From positions 4,001,777-4,065,776 of the forward strand of contig BDGG01000004.1 of the NCBI GenBank assembly GCA_001949185.1: a DNA stretch of 64,000 bases, given 5' to 3'. The position numbers were made by a program, and so were the translations under genes. The notes beneath the pieces are model-generated. The model was not told where the DNA came from and did not search any database. It saw nothing but the letters and a program-made list of their open reading frames with translations. Below are positions 1 to 13,528 of this stretch, piece after piece; positions within the stretch are counted from its first letter, which is position 1, and every line of letters starts with the position of its first letter. This stretch comes from Ramazzottius varieornatus (taxonomy: Eukaryota > Animalia > Tardigrada).

Positions 1-110
1 CGTGTATTTTGCTTTCTTGGAGGTTGTAGTGCTCCAGGACCAGATATGAATGGAGGAAGAATTACCGCGACCGTTGGTGGACGGATAAAAGTCATGCGGA
101 GTTAGGAGTC

Positions 111-1196
111 ATGGACAATCGCATCTCAAACTACGTGGATCAAAACTTGAAATTAATCCGGGTAAGATGGCAAAACAGTGATGAGTTTGGAAATTGCAAA
201 TTCCTTCTCCGGTTAATATAGTGTCTTGGTTCACTCAATACGATTCGCTTGATTTAGTGGGCTATATTGGGGATTGGAATTGCAGGAGTGACTCTGATAG
301 TAAAGAATACGCACATGGTAGGTCTACTAATGAGCTCATCGAGCTCGGAATTTCGCTAAATAATAATAATTATGTCTAAACTCTAGATCCCTCTGCTTGC
401 TGTATGTGCTTTATGTTTCTGGTTACAGATGTCGACGTTTTCTCGGGCGAGTTCCGTTCCAGAATCTTTCATCGACAAGCAGATTAGTCTTTATGGGAAA
501 CTAATGAGCGTCGATCAATCTGGTTTTCTAAACGTCGCACATACACCAGCAGTATCTTCTTCCTGGTTCAGCCGTAAGTATTTACACACTAATGACTTTG
601 AGCGCATAGCACTGCTCTCCCTTCAGATGGCTTTATATCTCGTCAGGACGAAAAGATGAGGATTCGCATCTGAAGATCAAACTGGTGGGCGTTGGCCACA
701 CGGACAGATCTCTTCAGTGGTTAAGGCAGAACCTTGTTGGCCGACGAGTGTTTTTCAAGATGTTGGCTCGGGAGGACCCAGATATCTTGATGTGCATTGT
801 GAAAATGCAGAGGGTAGGTTCCTCCACCGTGCACGAGAGTTCGTTTTCTGTAGTATTTTATTCCAAGGAAGGTTCGAGCTAGTGAACAACTTCTAGTCAT
901 ATTATCCAGTTAGGCGAAATATATGTTGATGTTACGGAGAAGAGTTACGTGTTCCACTTGGAAAAGCAGATTGTACAAAAGTCACAATTGATTTTGTCTT
1001 GCAGTACGGCGTGCTGAACATAAACCTTAATGTCTACCTGGTGAAAAATGGGTATGCCACATTTGTACCGTCGCCGGTCCTCACTGGCAACACGAGTTAC
1101 GACGCGCTTTCGCAGCAGCTCCGAAGGATGGAAATCGAGGCTTCAGGCAAGACGGGGTTCTTTGGTTGGCTGTGGAGGCTCTGGGTGGGGAAGTAG
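111..1196 (+). CDS. C3orf33-like protein (N-terminal hydrophobic helix, SNase-like fold family), 5 exons
   Basis: GT-AG exons at about 111-161, 259-318, 429-572, 647-813 and 1004-1196 splice in frame: MDNRISNYVDQNLKLIR-WAILGIGIAGVTLIVKNTHM-MSTFSRASSVPESFIDKQISLYGKL...HLKIKLVGVG...WLRQNLVGRRVFFKML...NLNVYLVKNGYA. This resembles the C3orf33 family pattern from memory. Confidence 0.7.
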
Positions 1197-1921
1197 TCCA
1201 AACACCTGCAGCGGAAGTTCGCAGAGGAGCTTTTTATGTCCAGTTTGACGCTATGCGCAGAGCTGTTTTTGTTTTGAGGGGTTTTGGGATACAGTCAACA
1301 TACTCGCGACCTTTTATTCTGAGTTCTGGCAGATGTACCGTGATGCGGTTGACTTAGTTGACGGTTTTCCCGTGTGAACGCTGCCCATGGTCACTGGACG
1401 TCACTCTCATGCTGTTGCTTGCGCTTGTCAGTTGTCACGGTTGTAAAACGAGGATAATGAACACAGAGTGGCTCTATTGTCGGACAGTAGATGTTCCGTA
1501 CCACCTAACCCGTCGATTAGAAAACCGGTTTTCGTGAGAGACTTCCAGACACTTTCGTGTGGGTGATTTTAGAATGTTGCTTGACAAAAGGTAAAGAGCG
1601 CGTTCCTGTTATGCAGTGTGTCCAATTTACAATCAATCAAAGGTATCAGCAAGTAGGATTTCGTAAACAGAAAATCAAAAATCAAACGATGGAATTCCAT
1701 AAATTTTCGAACTCGAAGTTTTGCCAGTTCTGCGACTTCATTTTCTGACTTCTCGCATCTGCTATGATTCTTTGTTTCTAATTTTCCATCGAAGGAACGT
1801 TTCTGCGCGTCCGGATCCTCACATCTTCCACGTCCTGATCCTGTATGAGCTTAACTGTCTAGACCTGTAACTCTGCTCGATCACAACATTCCATCCTTTG
1901 AAACTTACCTTGTGTCTGCAG

Positions 1922-2754
1922 AGGAAGGCTCTGAAGCAGCTGACAGGCACGATGAGCACCATCCTGGCTCATCTGGAAAACACCTACGCCGCAATGCTGG
2001 ACGAAATCCAAGCTTTGAAAGACGTTTGCATTACCACCGTGCAGAACACTGCCGATATTAACCAACGACTGCTGGAGGAAGAACAAAAGTTCAACGAGTA
2101 AACATCAAATTTATTCACTTCAGAATTCGTTTCACCGTTTTCTTCCATAGGACCAGGCAAGCTTTGGCATTTTCTACTAAAGCTGCTGACGATACCAAAA
2201 AGTAAGTGACAGGACGCCCTGTGTTCGAAGAGTAAGATAAGTATCTTGTGCCTTGCAGGGAGTTGGCAGAACTGTCGGAAGCGGTGTCCGAGGCGCAGAA
2301 CGCCTATAACGCTGCGGTGGACACTGGCTCGTTTTCGCTTGACGAATCGTTTGGACCTCTCCACAAAGAGATCGATGTTTTGCTGAAGGAGTGTAACTGG
2401 AATATCGGCGCGTTTGGCGCTTTGTTGAAAGATCGTACTGCATTCATGGATCGTATAAAGCGTCTGCAGAATGTCGAAGATGTTAAGAAGGAAAAGGAGC
2501 GGGCTAAGCAGTTCAGCGAGGTGTTCGATAAATACGAAATTCTGAATAAGGTAGTGTGTTTATCTCTTGAATTCTACCTATTCCATTTGGCTCAAGGTGT
2601 AGTTTAATCACAACGGATCTTGCAGGAGAACCAAACCCTGCATGCACAGCAACTTCGTCTTAAGAACGAACTGGTTGCTGCCGAGCGCGACTTGGAGAAG
2701 TCCTGTGGTGTTCGTCGCTTTGATCCTTCGAAAGCTTTCAATGCCGAGAAGTAA
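1922..2754 (+). CDS. Short coiled-coil protein with an HMMR/RHAMM-like C-terminus (5' end uncertain)
   Basis: Exons 1922-2097, 2259-2550 and 2626-2754 join in frame and end ...KENQTLHAQQLRLKNELVAAERDLEKSCGVRRFDPSKAFNAEK*, similar to the HMMR tail (LKDENSQL...GIKHFDPSKAF). First ATG in the exon is at 1952; upstream exons are possible. Confidence 0.55.
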
Positions 2755-3629
2755 CTTCTGTCAAACAGTCGAACCGACAACGATAGCGGCTTTTTAGTGG
2801 CGATCCTCGGGAAGATTTTTTCTTGATATTTCGCGTACTGCTTATTTTTTAACGTGTCCTGTCGGCGTAATAGTTTTGTTTCCGTGCTCCGAATTGGTTT
2901 TCGAAGAGCCTATCTTTCCAGTGTCTGATTTCCTTAGCCAAGGCTTACACTATACCACAGTGTGGAAATCTTCTGTGGTCCTTTTCTCGTTTTACCTTAA
3001 AATCTATCTGCGTAGTTTTTGGATAGAAAATGGAAGCTGTAATGGTGAGTTTTTATGGAATAAAGAAAACAAAACAAATGACTTGAGAACGAAAATCCAT
3101 GCACCGGTGCACTGCAACTTGCAAGAAAGATAAAGATTCGACATGAACGCAACATGAACTAAAAGCACCATGGGGTAACACGAAAACAATCGGCGAGATG
3201 ACAGCTGCTTCCAAAGTTCGCCATCGTTACAAAAAGAAACCAGAAGCATAAAATGTACGAAACTTTCTGCTAGCAGAAAACTAAGCGTGAAATTGTATCG
3301 TGGTGAAGCTAGCGAATTAAGAAATCGAAGGCCGTCGATGAAGAAGCTAAAGTAACGTATAAAAGATGTTCAAGCAAAACAAGTTTCTCATAAAGGCTCT
3401 GCAGTGCAATGAGCAGAAGGTTCTTGGGCAAAGAAGAAGGCAAGAAGGCCCCACCGACTTGTGACCATATCCGACGGAAACAGCGTATACTGATGATTGA
3501 TGCATTGGTTTGGACTACTGCATTGTTCGACCCGAGCATTCAACAAGATACTTTTTGATAGAGAAGGTACTCTACACAGGCACCGCATTCCAACAAAACA
3601 CTTCACACATAAGAAGATACTGCATGCAT

Positions 3630-6600
3630 TCAGGGCGGAGTCCCTGAACTTTGGTCACTACCAGAATTCCCCGCCGACTCGTGACTTCCGCCGATTTGGC
3701 CCGTGAAGAAGGCACGATGAGAATCTGTAGGAACACATAGGCCTTCATCGGGTGAAAAACAACACATTGGCAAGTTGTTCAAGATCAAGCCTACCATCAG
3801 TTAGCATGGGATAACCCAGCTGTATATGGTCTTCGGGGTTCGCACCACCAGCCATAACCTGGAGGGACGCCAGAAAGTGGTTGTAGTCCTCTTCTTGTAT
3901 GGCTTGCCCATTCCAACGGGACACCGGGGTTCCGCGCGGCGTCACTCTGGGCGTGTTCACGGGAGAAGCGAAGATACCGGTCGGAGACATCATGCCACTC
4001 ATCGTTGGCATATTCGTGTTCACACCGGGAAATGGTAGATACTGCAATACGCAACCCATTACTCAATATAAACGTGCCTACCACAACGAAATTCTATCTA
4101 TATTTATCTATCTATATTATATATATTATATTATATATCTATATTTATCCTATCTATATTTATATCAGACGTTTAAACTAACACCAGCGATGGAGGAGAA
4201 GAGAAAAGAGCTTACAGGTGACGCCGGAAACTGAGCAAAGTTTGTATCGGACCGGCTAACGAAGTAGTTTCCCATCATAGGCCGCCCAAGACACGACGGG
4301 TCGAAGCCAAAGCCAAGGAAAGAGTGGCCCATAGCTTCGGCCGAAGATGACGGATGGTCTTCCGGATGACCAGCCGATACCAGAGATTCTGTATCGGAGA
4401 TCTCGATCAGTCCATTACGGTTACTTCGGGGACTAACGTGCGAGTAGGAAACCCCACCGGACGTCGCAGCGTAAACCTGCGGGAGCTTCATGGCAAGACG
4501 GCTAGAGCTGCTTGAATCGGGAGACTGTTGCTGCACATCGCCGCTCTCAGCTTCTCGGGCTACTGCCAGATTGGCAAAATCTGTCAGGTTATCTGAACCT
4601 GCTTCTTGGTATTTGTGTGGTAGGTAGAAAACAGCACCAGTCATATCTAAAAACATGAAAAGCAGTCAACTTCACGTTCAAACATTCCTGTGGATGAGCA
4701 ATTGGAAGGCCGACAAACGAAACGTGCAACACGTTATCTTAAGTAGCGCAAATTCCTGGCCAGTAGTACGGAAAAGTGCGCTGCTTGAACCAACGACCAT
4801 GCGCGTTTCCTCTGCCGGCCTCTCTGTTTACCCTCATTTTCCCACACTTCCAGAATACTTTTTTTGGCTACTCAAGATAAACTTACTTCATTCTTTCCAC
4901 TATATTAAACACAATTTACTGTGTAGGGTTTTCGCCGAACTCTATCGAAACCAGAAGACGGAACTTACGTCGCATGTCGCTGGCCTGAGGGGGCGAACTC
5001 ATTAGACTTTCGTTGGGCGAAACTTCTCCTTCCTCCTTTATCTTCATCTGGTTCTCAGATTCTGAAAGTGTGAAACTATCAGTAGAATACCATTACGAGT
5101 TGATGAAGCCGACAATGGAAGACTAGTACTCGAAGAAAAGCGAAGAAACTGGGTAAATTGAGCACGTACCGTTCCAGGGACCGAGTGTGTGTCCACTACT
5201 CCCACGAATAGTAGCTGCAGGCGAGCTACCGGGATACATCACCCCGTTAACAGTGTAATCCACGCTGTTACTCCGGTGATCGTTGTCCGACGTTCTGCGG
5301 CGCTTGTTATAGCGTGGCGTTGCGAAGCGGTCGTCGCGACCCACGTTTAGTAAACCGTCCGAGTTGGACGATGCTCGTTTCAACTGGGATTGATAACTGC
5401 TGGACGCTCTAGGAGCTGAATACTGCTGCGTGTTGTACCGATACGACGAAGAAGCTGCCGACTCCATCGCTTCGTTCTTCCCGTGTTCCGAGTGAACCAT
5501 CTGGTCAGTCAGTATCGGCACTAGGAACCACATAGTCGCGATAATCACACAATGACTTCCTTTCTCAAGAGCTTCATCTTTTTTAAGCACACAAGACAAA
5601 TACTAACTTCGAGTAAAGCGCGCTAGTTCTTTTGCCGTGAAGACTCCGTTCGTTCTGACAGAATCTAGGAACGGTAAGGGTGCACCTTCGTCCTCGTCTA
5701 TGGGAGCTTCCTGTTCCATGTGCTGGTTCAAGGTTCCGTTCAAGTCTACCGCCGCTGGAAACAGCTTATTAGTATTGTCCAAAACCGGTCGGACTGTTGG
5801 AGGGTTCTGAGAGCTGCAACTTACCACGAGGAGGAAAGACGAAGTTGGCCAGGTACAGATCGAGTTCGCGGACAGTCACGTTGATGTGGTGCGGATTGAC
5901 GCACAGCGCGGGGTTCGCGCATTCCGGTGATCTTTCCAGTCTTTCGGAATCTGTACTCTCGAGTGGAACTGCGCGGAAGAGAATCACCATGACCAGATCT
6001 AGCCGCCACACCTAAGGAAAATTCGAAGACCTTACATTCATTAGCTGCTACTGTATCGTTCATCAACTTTATGCGAACTAACTTTATCTGCCTGTCGAAG
6101 ACAGTCTATTCTGCGCATTTTGCCTTTTTGGTCCGGATTGCTGAGTATGCATGTGCTTTCGTTCGGGTGGCCAACCGTCTTCTTCCCGGCGACCGTGTGG
6201 ACGAAGGAGTCGCGATGGTCCTGCAGGATGTCTTTGCGGAGTTTTCCCAGCAACCTTGAGGCCCATTTCGCCTTGACTTCCGCCTTCTCATTCTGCAAAG
6301 ACAACACAAGGCGGAGGGAATTAGGTAACAGTGGCGTGGAGATTAACCAGTGTGTGTGTGTGTGTGTGTGAATCTTGAGAAGTCGGCTGATTTTCCGCAA
6401 CGTAATGCAATTTTCGATAAGACGACGATGCGGTAACTCTGCCCTCTAGTCAGATTATTATTACAACAATCAAGTCGTAACCGTTGTGACATAATTCCTA
6501 CGTCTCACAAGACTGCCTTTTCTTCAACCAGTCAAGTCAGCCGGAAGCCACTTGTTGCATCATGATACCGTTGATTTTCTCCTGGTGAAGGGCAAGAGCA

Positions 6601-9600
6601 GCAATATTTTTCGCAAAGTAAACATACACAAAAAGAGCCATACTTCGGCATCCTGGTTGGGATGTTGCGCAACTGGTAAATACCCGCAGAAAATATTCTG
6701 TACCTGGAAGTCTTCTTTACAGCGCTGTTCATCCTCTACGCTCATCCGCTTCTCGTTCTTCTTGCAGTATCGTCGTTTCGCCGCTTGGAGGTTGAACCAG
6801 GTGTAGGCGAAATTCTTGACGAAAGGCATCAGGTTGTCGATGAAGGGATGAAAGTCATCCTGAAAGACACAAGAGCAAAAATCAGAGCCATTTCTAAAAC
6901 ACAACGAGTTTCACTCAAGGATCGAAGCTCTGAAGCTAAAAGATACTTGGGACATTTCGGTGGAAGAGTTTCTCTTCCCTTGTTCAGAGGAGACGGAATT
7001 AGATTTTTCAGTAGAACTATCGCGAGACATTCGAGGCTCAATGCCAACTTGACTGAAACAAGGATGGCTGGAAAGAAAGGAAGAAAGGAAGAATGATGGG
7101 CAGCGTCCAGGAAGTGTTATCGGACGGGATGCTCTGTGGAACCAATCAAAAAACCCGACAACCAAAACGCCACTGTTTACAAAAATGGGAAATGATCAGG
7201 CACACAACATTTGCGCCACTTGGCACGGCAAAAATCTGGCAGTATGGAAGTGGACGTCACAGGTCAGACGGCGGCGGCGAAACGCATACATTCGCGCCCA
7301 GCTTCCCTTCCGGGGCTGAAGCTTGTCTACCTGCGGCCACAATACCGCATCTCTCTGATTAAACCACAGAGCCCATAAACCAAGCGAAGATAGCAGTCTG
7401 CCCGACGTTGCCGCAGACTGTAAAAGGACCGACTTGCAAAGGACCGTGGCTAGACACCGTACGGAAGGGACTGCAGGTCCATTCATGGATCAAACACCCT
7501 ACATCCTGCTATGTGCCTTTGTGATCACGCATTCCGGCGAGCGATAAATTGCTCGGCGTGGAGGCACAGCATGGTTGCCCAACAGTGCTCCAATTCCAAA
7601 CCTGCCTGCTTTTACGTCACAGCGGTTTCAACTTTCAAGAAGGTACATACCGAAGAGATCTGAAGCTGATGGGATGCCATCAGCTGTTGTAAATCCATCT
7701 GATGACATTGAGAAGAGTCCAGAGGATTTTGCATCATGGTAATCAACCTTCAACTAGGGCCAAGCCCAAGATTACAAGATTCCAGACACAAGAACAGCGT
7801 ATTAATTTGTCAACAAGAAATTATCAGCGGAGGCCTCATGGTTTCCGCTGGGTGCTGACAGCGTTGTGTACAGGACCACCATAGATCGCAGACTATCACC
7901 ATCTACAAAGCAAACACGGTTCTCCACGCGCCACCACGTTCCGAGCTGATTTGCTCGCATATCGGCAGAATTTACCAATGACGCCGAATACAGGGTGTTG
8001 CGTAAGGACTCCTTTTCACCGTGGTTTGAAAGACAGTACGATTCTATCTACAGCAAGAATGCCTGGTACGCTCCAACCACCATCACTTCGTAGGCCTGCT
8101 TTGAGGACCCATCAATTTCTCAAACAGCAGTTTACTGCTCGTAATAGCTCTGCAGTAATAAGGCTACCGAAGTAACTTGCTGTACAAATGAAGATAACGA
8201 AATCACAAAGGACGTAACATAAATTTATGTTACGAGATAACAGAAGCCTTGGGTGGAAGTTTGCTCATAAACTTCCCGGAACAAACACGTGCTCCCTTCC
8301 CTCAGATAACGCTTAGAAAAAAAAGCCGGATGGACCTGTCCTCCAGTGCCTTTTGTGATAGGCTCAGCGTAGCTGGTTAATTTGTGGAGCGGAAGTCGAG
8401 ACAAGAGAACCACATGGTACGGTTACTAGCACTCGGCTTCCAGATACGTATTGCATGTCGAATATCACCCGGAATTAAGGGGGCCTCGGTCTTTTGGACG
8501 TTTCGGAGTAGCGACTGACCAGTGGCGAGATCTTCGAGAAGTGGCAACGCAAAACCCGAGACTGTCGCACGCATATGTTATACTGTAATTAGAGCGGACG
8601 AACCGGACACCATTTCTTCGGCCAGGTGGCGCTGTTCAAGCGAGTTGATGAATATAACCCGGAATTTTCAAGTTTACTGGAACCCTGTGTTCATCCGTCC
8701 TTTCGGGCTGTACCACAGTTCATTATTAAGCGGGCTAATGGACGTCGGCTGTACAATTCTTATATCAGCAAAACCTACTGCGACAAGATCAAAGTCTGCT
8801 CGCTACAAACTCAGGGTATCTCAACCCTACTCATACCTCGCACACGTCATCGCGGAGAGATGTTGGTGCCGTTGTAGCCTTCGCCCTGCAACTCACGCTT
8901 TCTTTGGGTCCCCGAAGACAAAACTTGACCAGGACGAATGTACCAACTTCGATTGAAGTTTCATTTCGCAGTAGAAAACGCAGATTGTTATTGTCCTGTT
9001 GTCTTCCTAATGTGCAACTATTGAGGTTCCGCATTGCCGCTGACGACAGAGCGATCACCGTAACAAAAACAAAACGGCGCCTTCCTTATATTCCTGATCA
9101 TTCAGTCTTGCAGCTCGCATAATCAGCCAATGATTGCATGAGCAGTGATGCAACCAACAGTTGTAAACAAGCCATGAAAACCATCTGCCAGCGTGTCACT
9201 TGATGTCAACATTAAGATGCTTAACTTATTCACACAAAATAACTTTCAAGGCACAACTAGCGCTGACTTGATTCTTGTACCGTGGAGAAAAAATCTCTCA
9301 AAGACTCACCAATTACCTAATAACCGGAGCACCGTATGTAGTTAGCCCAGTGGTACTCTCCACGAGAAGTGTCTAAACACGAGGCATCGTATCCTTATTG
9401 ACAATGTACATACAAAGACATCTCGAACTTTGCATTCTTCTCGCGGGGTTGCATAACTTTTCATAAGAGTCATCGAAGCTATTTTTGTCACATTTCCCTG
9501 AAGTGCAAGGCGTGCTTCGCGTTCTATACCCAAGCGGACTTTCGATTTCACTGCAAACGCAAAAGGTTTCCAGTGTATAGGTTTCGCGGTTTTAGTAGAA

Positions 9601-10836
9601 GCTATATAGCGCGGGGACCTCAGCTCCATTCGATCTGCGGTAGAAAAGCGAAAAAATTGCTCGACGAAAAAAAGCCCCGTGTACCGGTTTTTCTAAGCCT
9701 GCGGGCGTCTTGTCATTTTGATTGGCACTTTGGACCGGTTTACGGCTCGTAAAACAATCTAAACGTTTGCGATCCCTTTTATTTGAAGAGGCGATACCGG
9801 TCTCTACATTGTTCCAGGCAGAACCGGACGAAGAACCACACAGTACCTCGGAACCATAAAAGATGGAGAAAACTGCGAGATAGGAAGAAACGTCGCAGGA
9901 CTTCATCATGCCACACCGAAGCCACTTCAACGAACTGCAAGCATAGCTAAAATCACTCGGTCGTAAATAAACTTCACAGTGTTTATTTACGTGGGCCGGA
10001 AAGAAGATAATTTCTCGAACATTATCAAACCACCAATAAACTATTGTTGAATTTAGCTATTAATAGTCGAGGAAGATTAACAAATCATTTATCGTTTCTT
10101 TCTCGTCAGCTAAGCCTTGCAAGATCCCCTGAATCAATTTTCCAAGAAGATTAAAATTTAATATGAAGGATTGTTTGATACGAATATAAAGTACGCTTTT
10201 CCAGAAGAGGTCGACACGCGTGGACCGCCGGTGAAGCGTGAAGCTCGCGCGGGTGATACGCCACATTCGATACCAGTACTTCGAGTTGTACGACATATTT
10301 CTGGAAGTATTAAAGTGAGTTCTTAATTACAGCCTCGAAAACCCTTGGCACCGGCAAGGATACTACTGTGCCAGCAAGAAGGCCTTAATGTAATGTGCCT
10401 ACTGTTGCGGTATCATCACTAGCTCACTATCGGGAAGTCGATGGTCTATTTGGCAACGGAGATTATATGAATAACTAACAGCGGCCCAAGAACGACCGCC
10501 AAAACCCAAAGACAAACGTGCGACCTTAGCAGTAACTGCTGGCAAGTCACACATCTAGCGGACATTGGTACGCTTGGCACAAATCAGCCGATTATCAACT
10601 CTGGCTTGCAAGTAATTAAGCATCTATTCTTCTGGTAGGCACCAGCGACACCCAATGTAAACAATAACCATATACGTCTTATCGCTCAACCGGAAACGGA
10701 TATTGTCTGCCTGCGATCACTCGAAAATTAGAATTTCGACTAAAAGCGGACGCCGCCGAAAAAAAATTAACTGTAAGAAAATAATCGGCCTAATTCGAAA
10801 TTAACATTTTGAAAGAAGGAGACTTACCATTGTCAT
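3630..10836 (-). CDS. NFI: Nuclear factor I (CTF/NFI) transcription factor
   Basis: Canonical NFI DNA-binding domain: [31 protein letters not shown]...[14 protein letters not shown]...[48 protein letters not shown]...[21 protein letters not shown]. Likely first coding exon ATG ACA ATG|GTAAG at 10836-10828; last exon ends in TGA at 3632-3630. Confidence 0.95.
4093..4165. repeat. TA/TATC-rich low-complexity microsatellite in an NFI intron
   Basis: tctatctatatttatctatctatattatatatattatattatatatctatattt... Confidence 0.85.
6350..6370. repeat. (GT)n microsatellite in an NFI intron
   Basis: gtgtgtgtgtgtgtgtgtgtg. Confidence 0.9.
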
Positions 10837-12297
10837 ATTTTGGGGCTCAGACATGCGGGAGCATCATTCCATTCACCTCGAACGTCTGCACGTGTTGTTT
10901 TCCACGACGGCAAAGGAAAAACGGGACATGTCCGGCCTCGTAGTCTGGGGAAAACTTAACAGTCGCTACAGATAAGCGACGATAAAATAGTTCTTTACAG
11001 ATAACAACTCGCGATTTCGCAGTACCACAGTGCACTAGATGGAACTTCATAGACGAAGATTGTATGCGCGTACTCACTTGGAAGGGCTGCTGGGCGTTAT
11101 TCGAGCCGTTCGACCGCTGTATATAGAAGGCTGTGCAAGGTTGACGATGACGCGATGACGAAATGGGAAGTCAGCTGCTTCATCTTCTTCGATGAAAACT
11201 TGCCAGTCTGTCTTTTGGTTTTCCTTCCACTTTGCAGTCGAACCGTCGCGTTCCATGCTAGTCTCGTCCAGCCCACCAACTTCCGTCGCTAACAGACTCG
11301 AAGCATAATTAGCCAGCCTTCCATGTCACAAACAAGATACGCGTTGTACACAAGCGTAAATCCGGCCTACACCAGAAAAACACTTGACTACTTAGGAACG
11401 GAGACCTCGTTCTGCCGGTTCCTGGCTTCCTGCTGATATTGTAACCGCGCCAGTGCAAAACGAGAGGGAGACAACTTGAAACTACCAGAAATAATTGACT
11501 GCGAAAAACCTAAATCGAACCACACCCACTTCGGACGAACACAGCGCGACATGGTTGAGTCAATCTTCTAATTATCCCAAACGAAGCTGCAGCTCTCCTA
11601 AATCTTTTCGCGAGACCCAGATAAGTCTTGGGTTTTAAAGCAGCACCGTACGTGCTGGGGCGCCTTTTCCCGCTCGGTCTTTGTGGCGTTTTGAAAATCG
11701 TCGCGTAAAGGTGCTCTTAGGGTTATAAACAAGGCAATTTTGAACAGTAAATACTGTAAGAAAAGACATCCATGACAATTTTGCACGTCCGCCCCCTGTC
11801 GATATTCGTGTCAGGAGAAAATCCGGCCTCCTTGGCGTCAAGGCTTTCAAAACGGGTGCAGGTTAAATGGAGCGCCATCTATCGCTTCCTTCTCGAACTT
11901 GCAGTTCCTCTACGAGTCTTATGAGATGCAGTCCTTCGGCGCTCCACAGAAAGAACGTACTATCGAAGGGAATTTAGTTTCATACTTCAGGCAGACCTTC
12001 CTTAATGTGAAATGTTATTTCCGCCTATGATCGACTCAAAAACTACAGGATTTCTGGACTGTCGCTGCGTCACCCAACCTGTGAGATACCCAACTGAAGA
12101 AAGCAAGACAAGATTAATAAAATCTCCACATCAAAAGACGAACCTCGAAAAGACATACCAGAGCTGAAACGAACTCAACACACATCTGAATAAAACTCGC
12201 GGAACAGAACTTTGCAAAAGAGAAGAATCACCCATCACAAGGCATGGAGGGCTGCGATGATCAGAGACTCAACGGCAGTACACGTTCGGCAGGAATT

Positions 12298-13528
12298 TCA
12301 GACTTTCTTCACAGGTCTAGGAATACGCGAGGACGCACCTGCCGTGCTGCTGGGCGTCGGAATACCGGACGGTATCTTGGCTGTGACCGGACGCCGTACC
12401 ATAGTCGCAGTTGACCCACCTATCTTTGGCTGGACGGTATTCAGAGGACCGTTCAGCGACTTCACCGTTCCACGAGTGGTGCTACTGGCACGCACACTCG
12501 GTGCAGCAATACCGTTCATACCTTGTAAACCTCCGGTTAGCGATCCGGTCCGCGTAGGAATGGCCGGAATGTTGTTGGCTGGAGCAGCACCGACAGACAA
12601 CCTAACCCAAGAAAACAACGAAAGTTAAAACATTTCTCTGGCCCGAGGATGTAGAATTCATTTCTTACTTGTTCGACGATAAGTTGCCCAACGAAGTCGT
12701 TCGATTCATGCCATTGCTACCAACTGAGCTCGTCGTCACAGGTGGCTTGGACGGAGGTCGCAGTCCGGGTCTGACTATGGCAGAGGGTCTGGCTTGCATA
12801 CCGGAAGCGACAGCTTTACCTACTATCTTGTAACTGGGTTCGTTTCCAGAAGCGGGCTCTTGCTCAGTTTTGACTCCGTTAGTCTGCGCGGACGACTGCG
12901 GAAGCTGTTCTTCTTTGCCGAAGGTTCGGTTAGCGGCATGGACCACCGTCTTGTTTAGTTCGTCTGCTGCTGCGTCTTCGGGTTCAGACCCAAAATCGAC
13001 ATGGGGAACTGGACTGACGGGACCATCACCTCCAGCTCGGCGCTCGAAACGACGAACAGTTTTCGATGGGTTATTCGGTGTGCTCTGTGAAGGCGGAGAT
13101 CCCGCCGGCAAGATGTGTTCTGACGCCGGTGCAAAGTCATCGCCGTCGGTGAAGGGAACTTCGACGAGAGACGCACGGTTCAGCGCGCCTAAAGAAGTTG
13201 ACTTTCGCATCCCACGGCTGGCTCGCTTTCCTTCGATGGGACCGGACAACCTAAAAGCACAGCGCAACATCAGAAGCTAGTCAGGACTAACCCATAGAAG
13301 CTTGGCTTAAGTGAAGCTTCCGTCTACTTGATTAGCGTAGACTAAGGATGTCGCCGGAAGTAGTCTTGCTTACCATGTTTCGGGATTATCAACGCGTAGG
13401 TCCATGGCGTAAAGATCCAGCAGCTCGAACTCGGAGATGTCATGCTGAAAAGAGGGTGGCATCTTGACAGGGCTAAGATCATCTTTGACCGGGAAGAGGG
13501 GTGCGCTGGAAACGTCGCCTGATGCCAT
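12298..13528 (-). CDS. SLAIN-motif-like, Ser/Pro/basic disordered protein with SxIP-type EB-binding motifs, 3 coding exons
   Basis: ATG at 13528 is preceded by an in-frame stop. N-terminal ISEFELLDLYAMDLRVDNPETWL resembles the SLAIN LDxVExLDL...WL segment; the C-terminus has SGIP and SRIP plus AKIP and PAIP. Exons at about 13528-13374, 13250-12669 and 12600-12298; a 5' UTR donor lies near 14095. Confidence 0.5.

Noticed and set aside
7211-7223. TGCGCCACTTGG, one arm of family A
   Set aside because: No partner arm or termini, so it was not counted as a copy.
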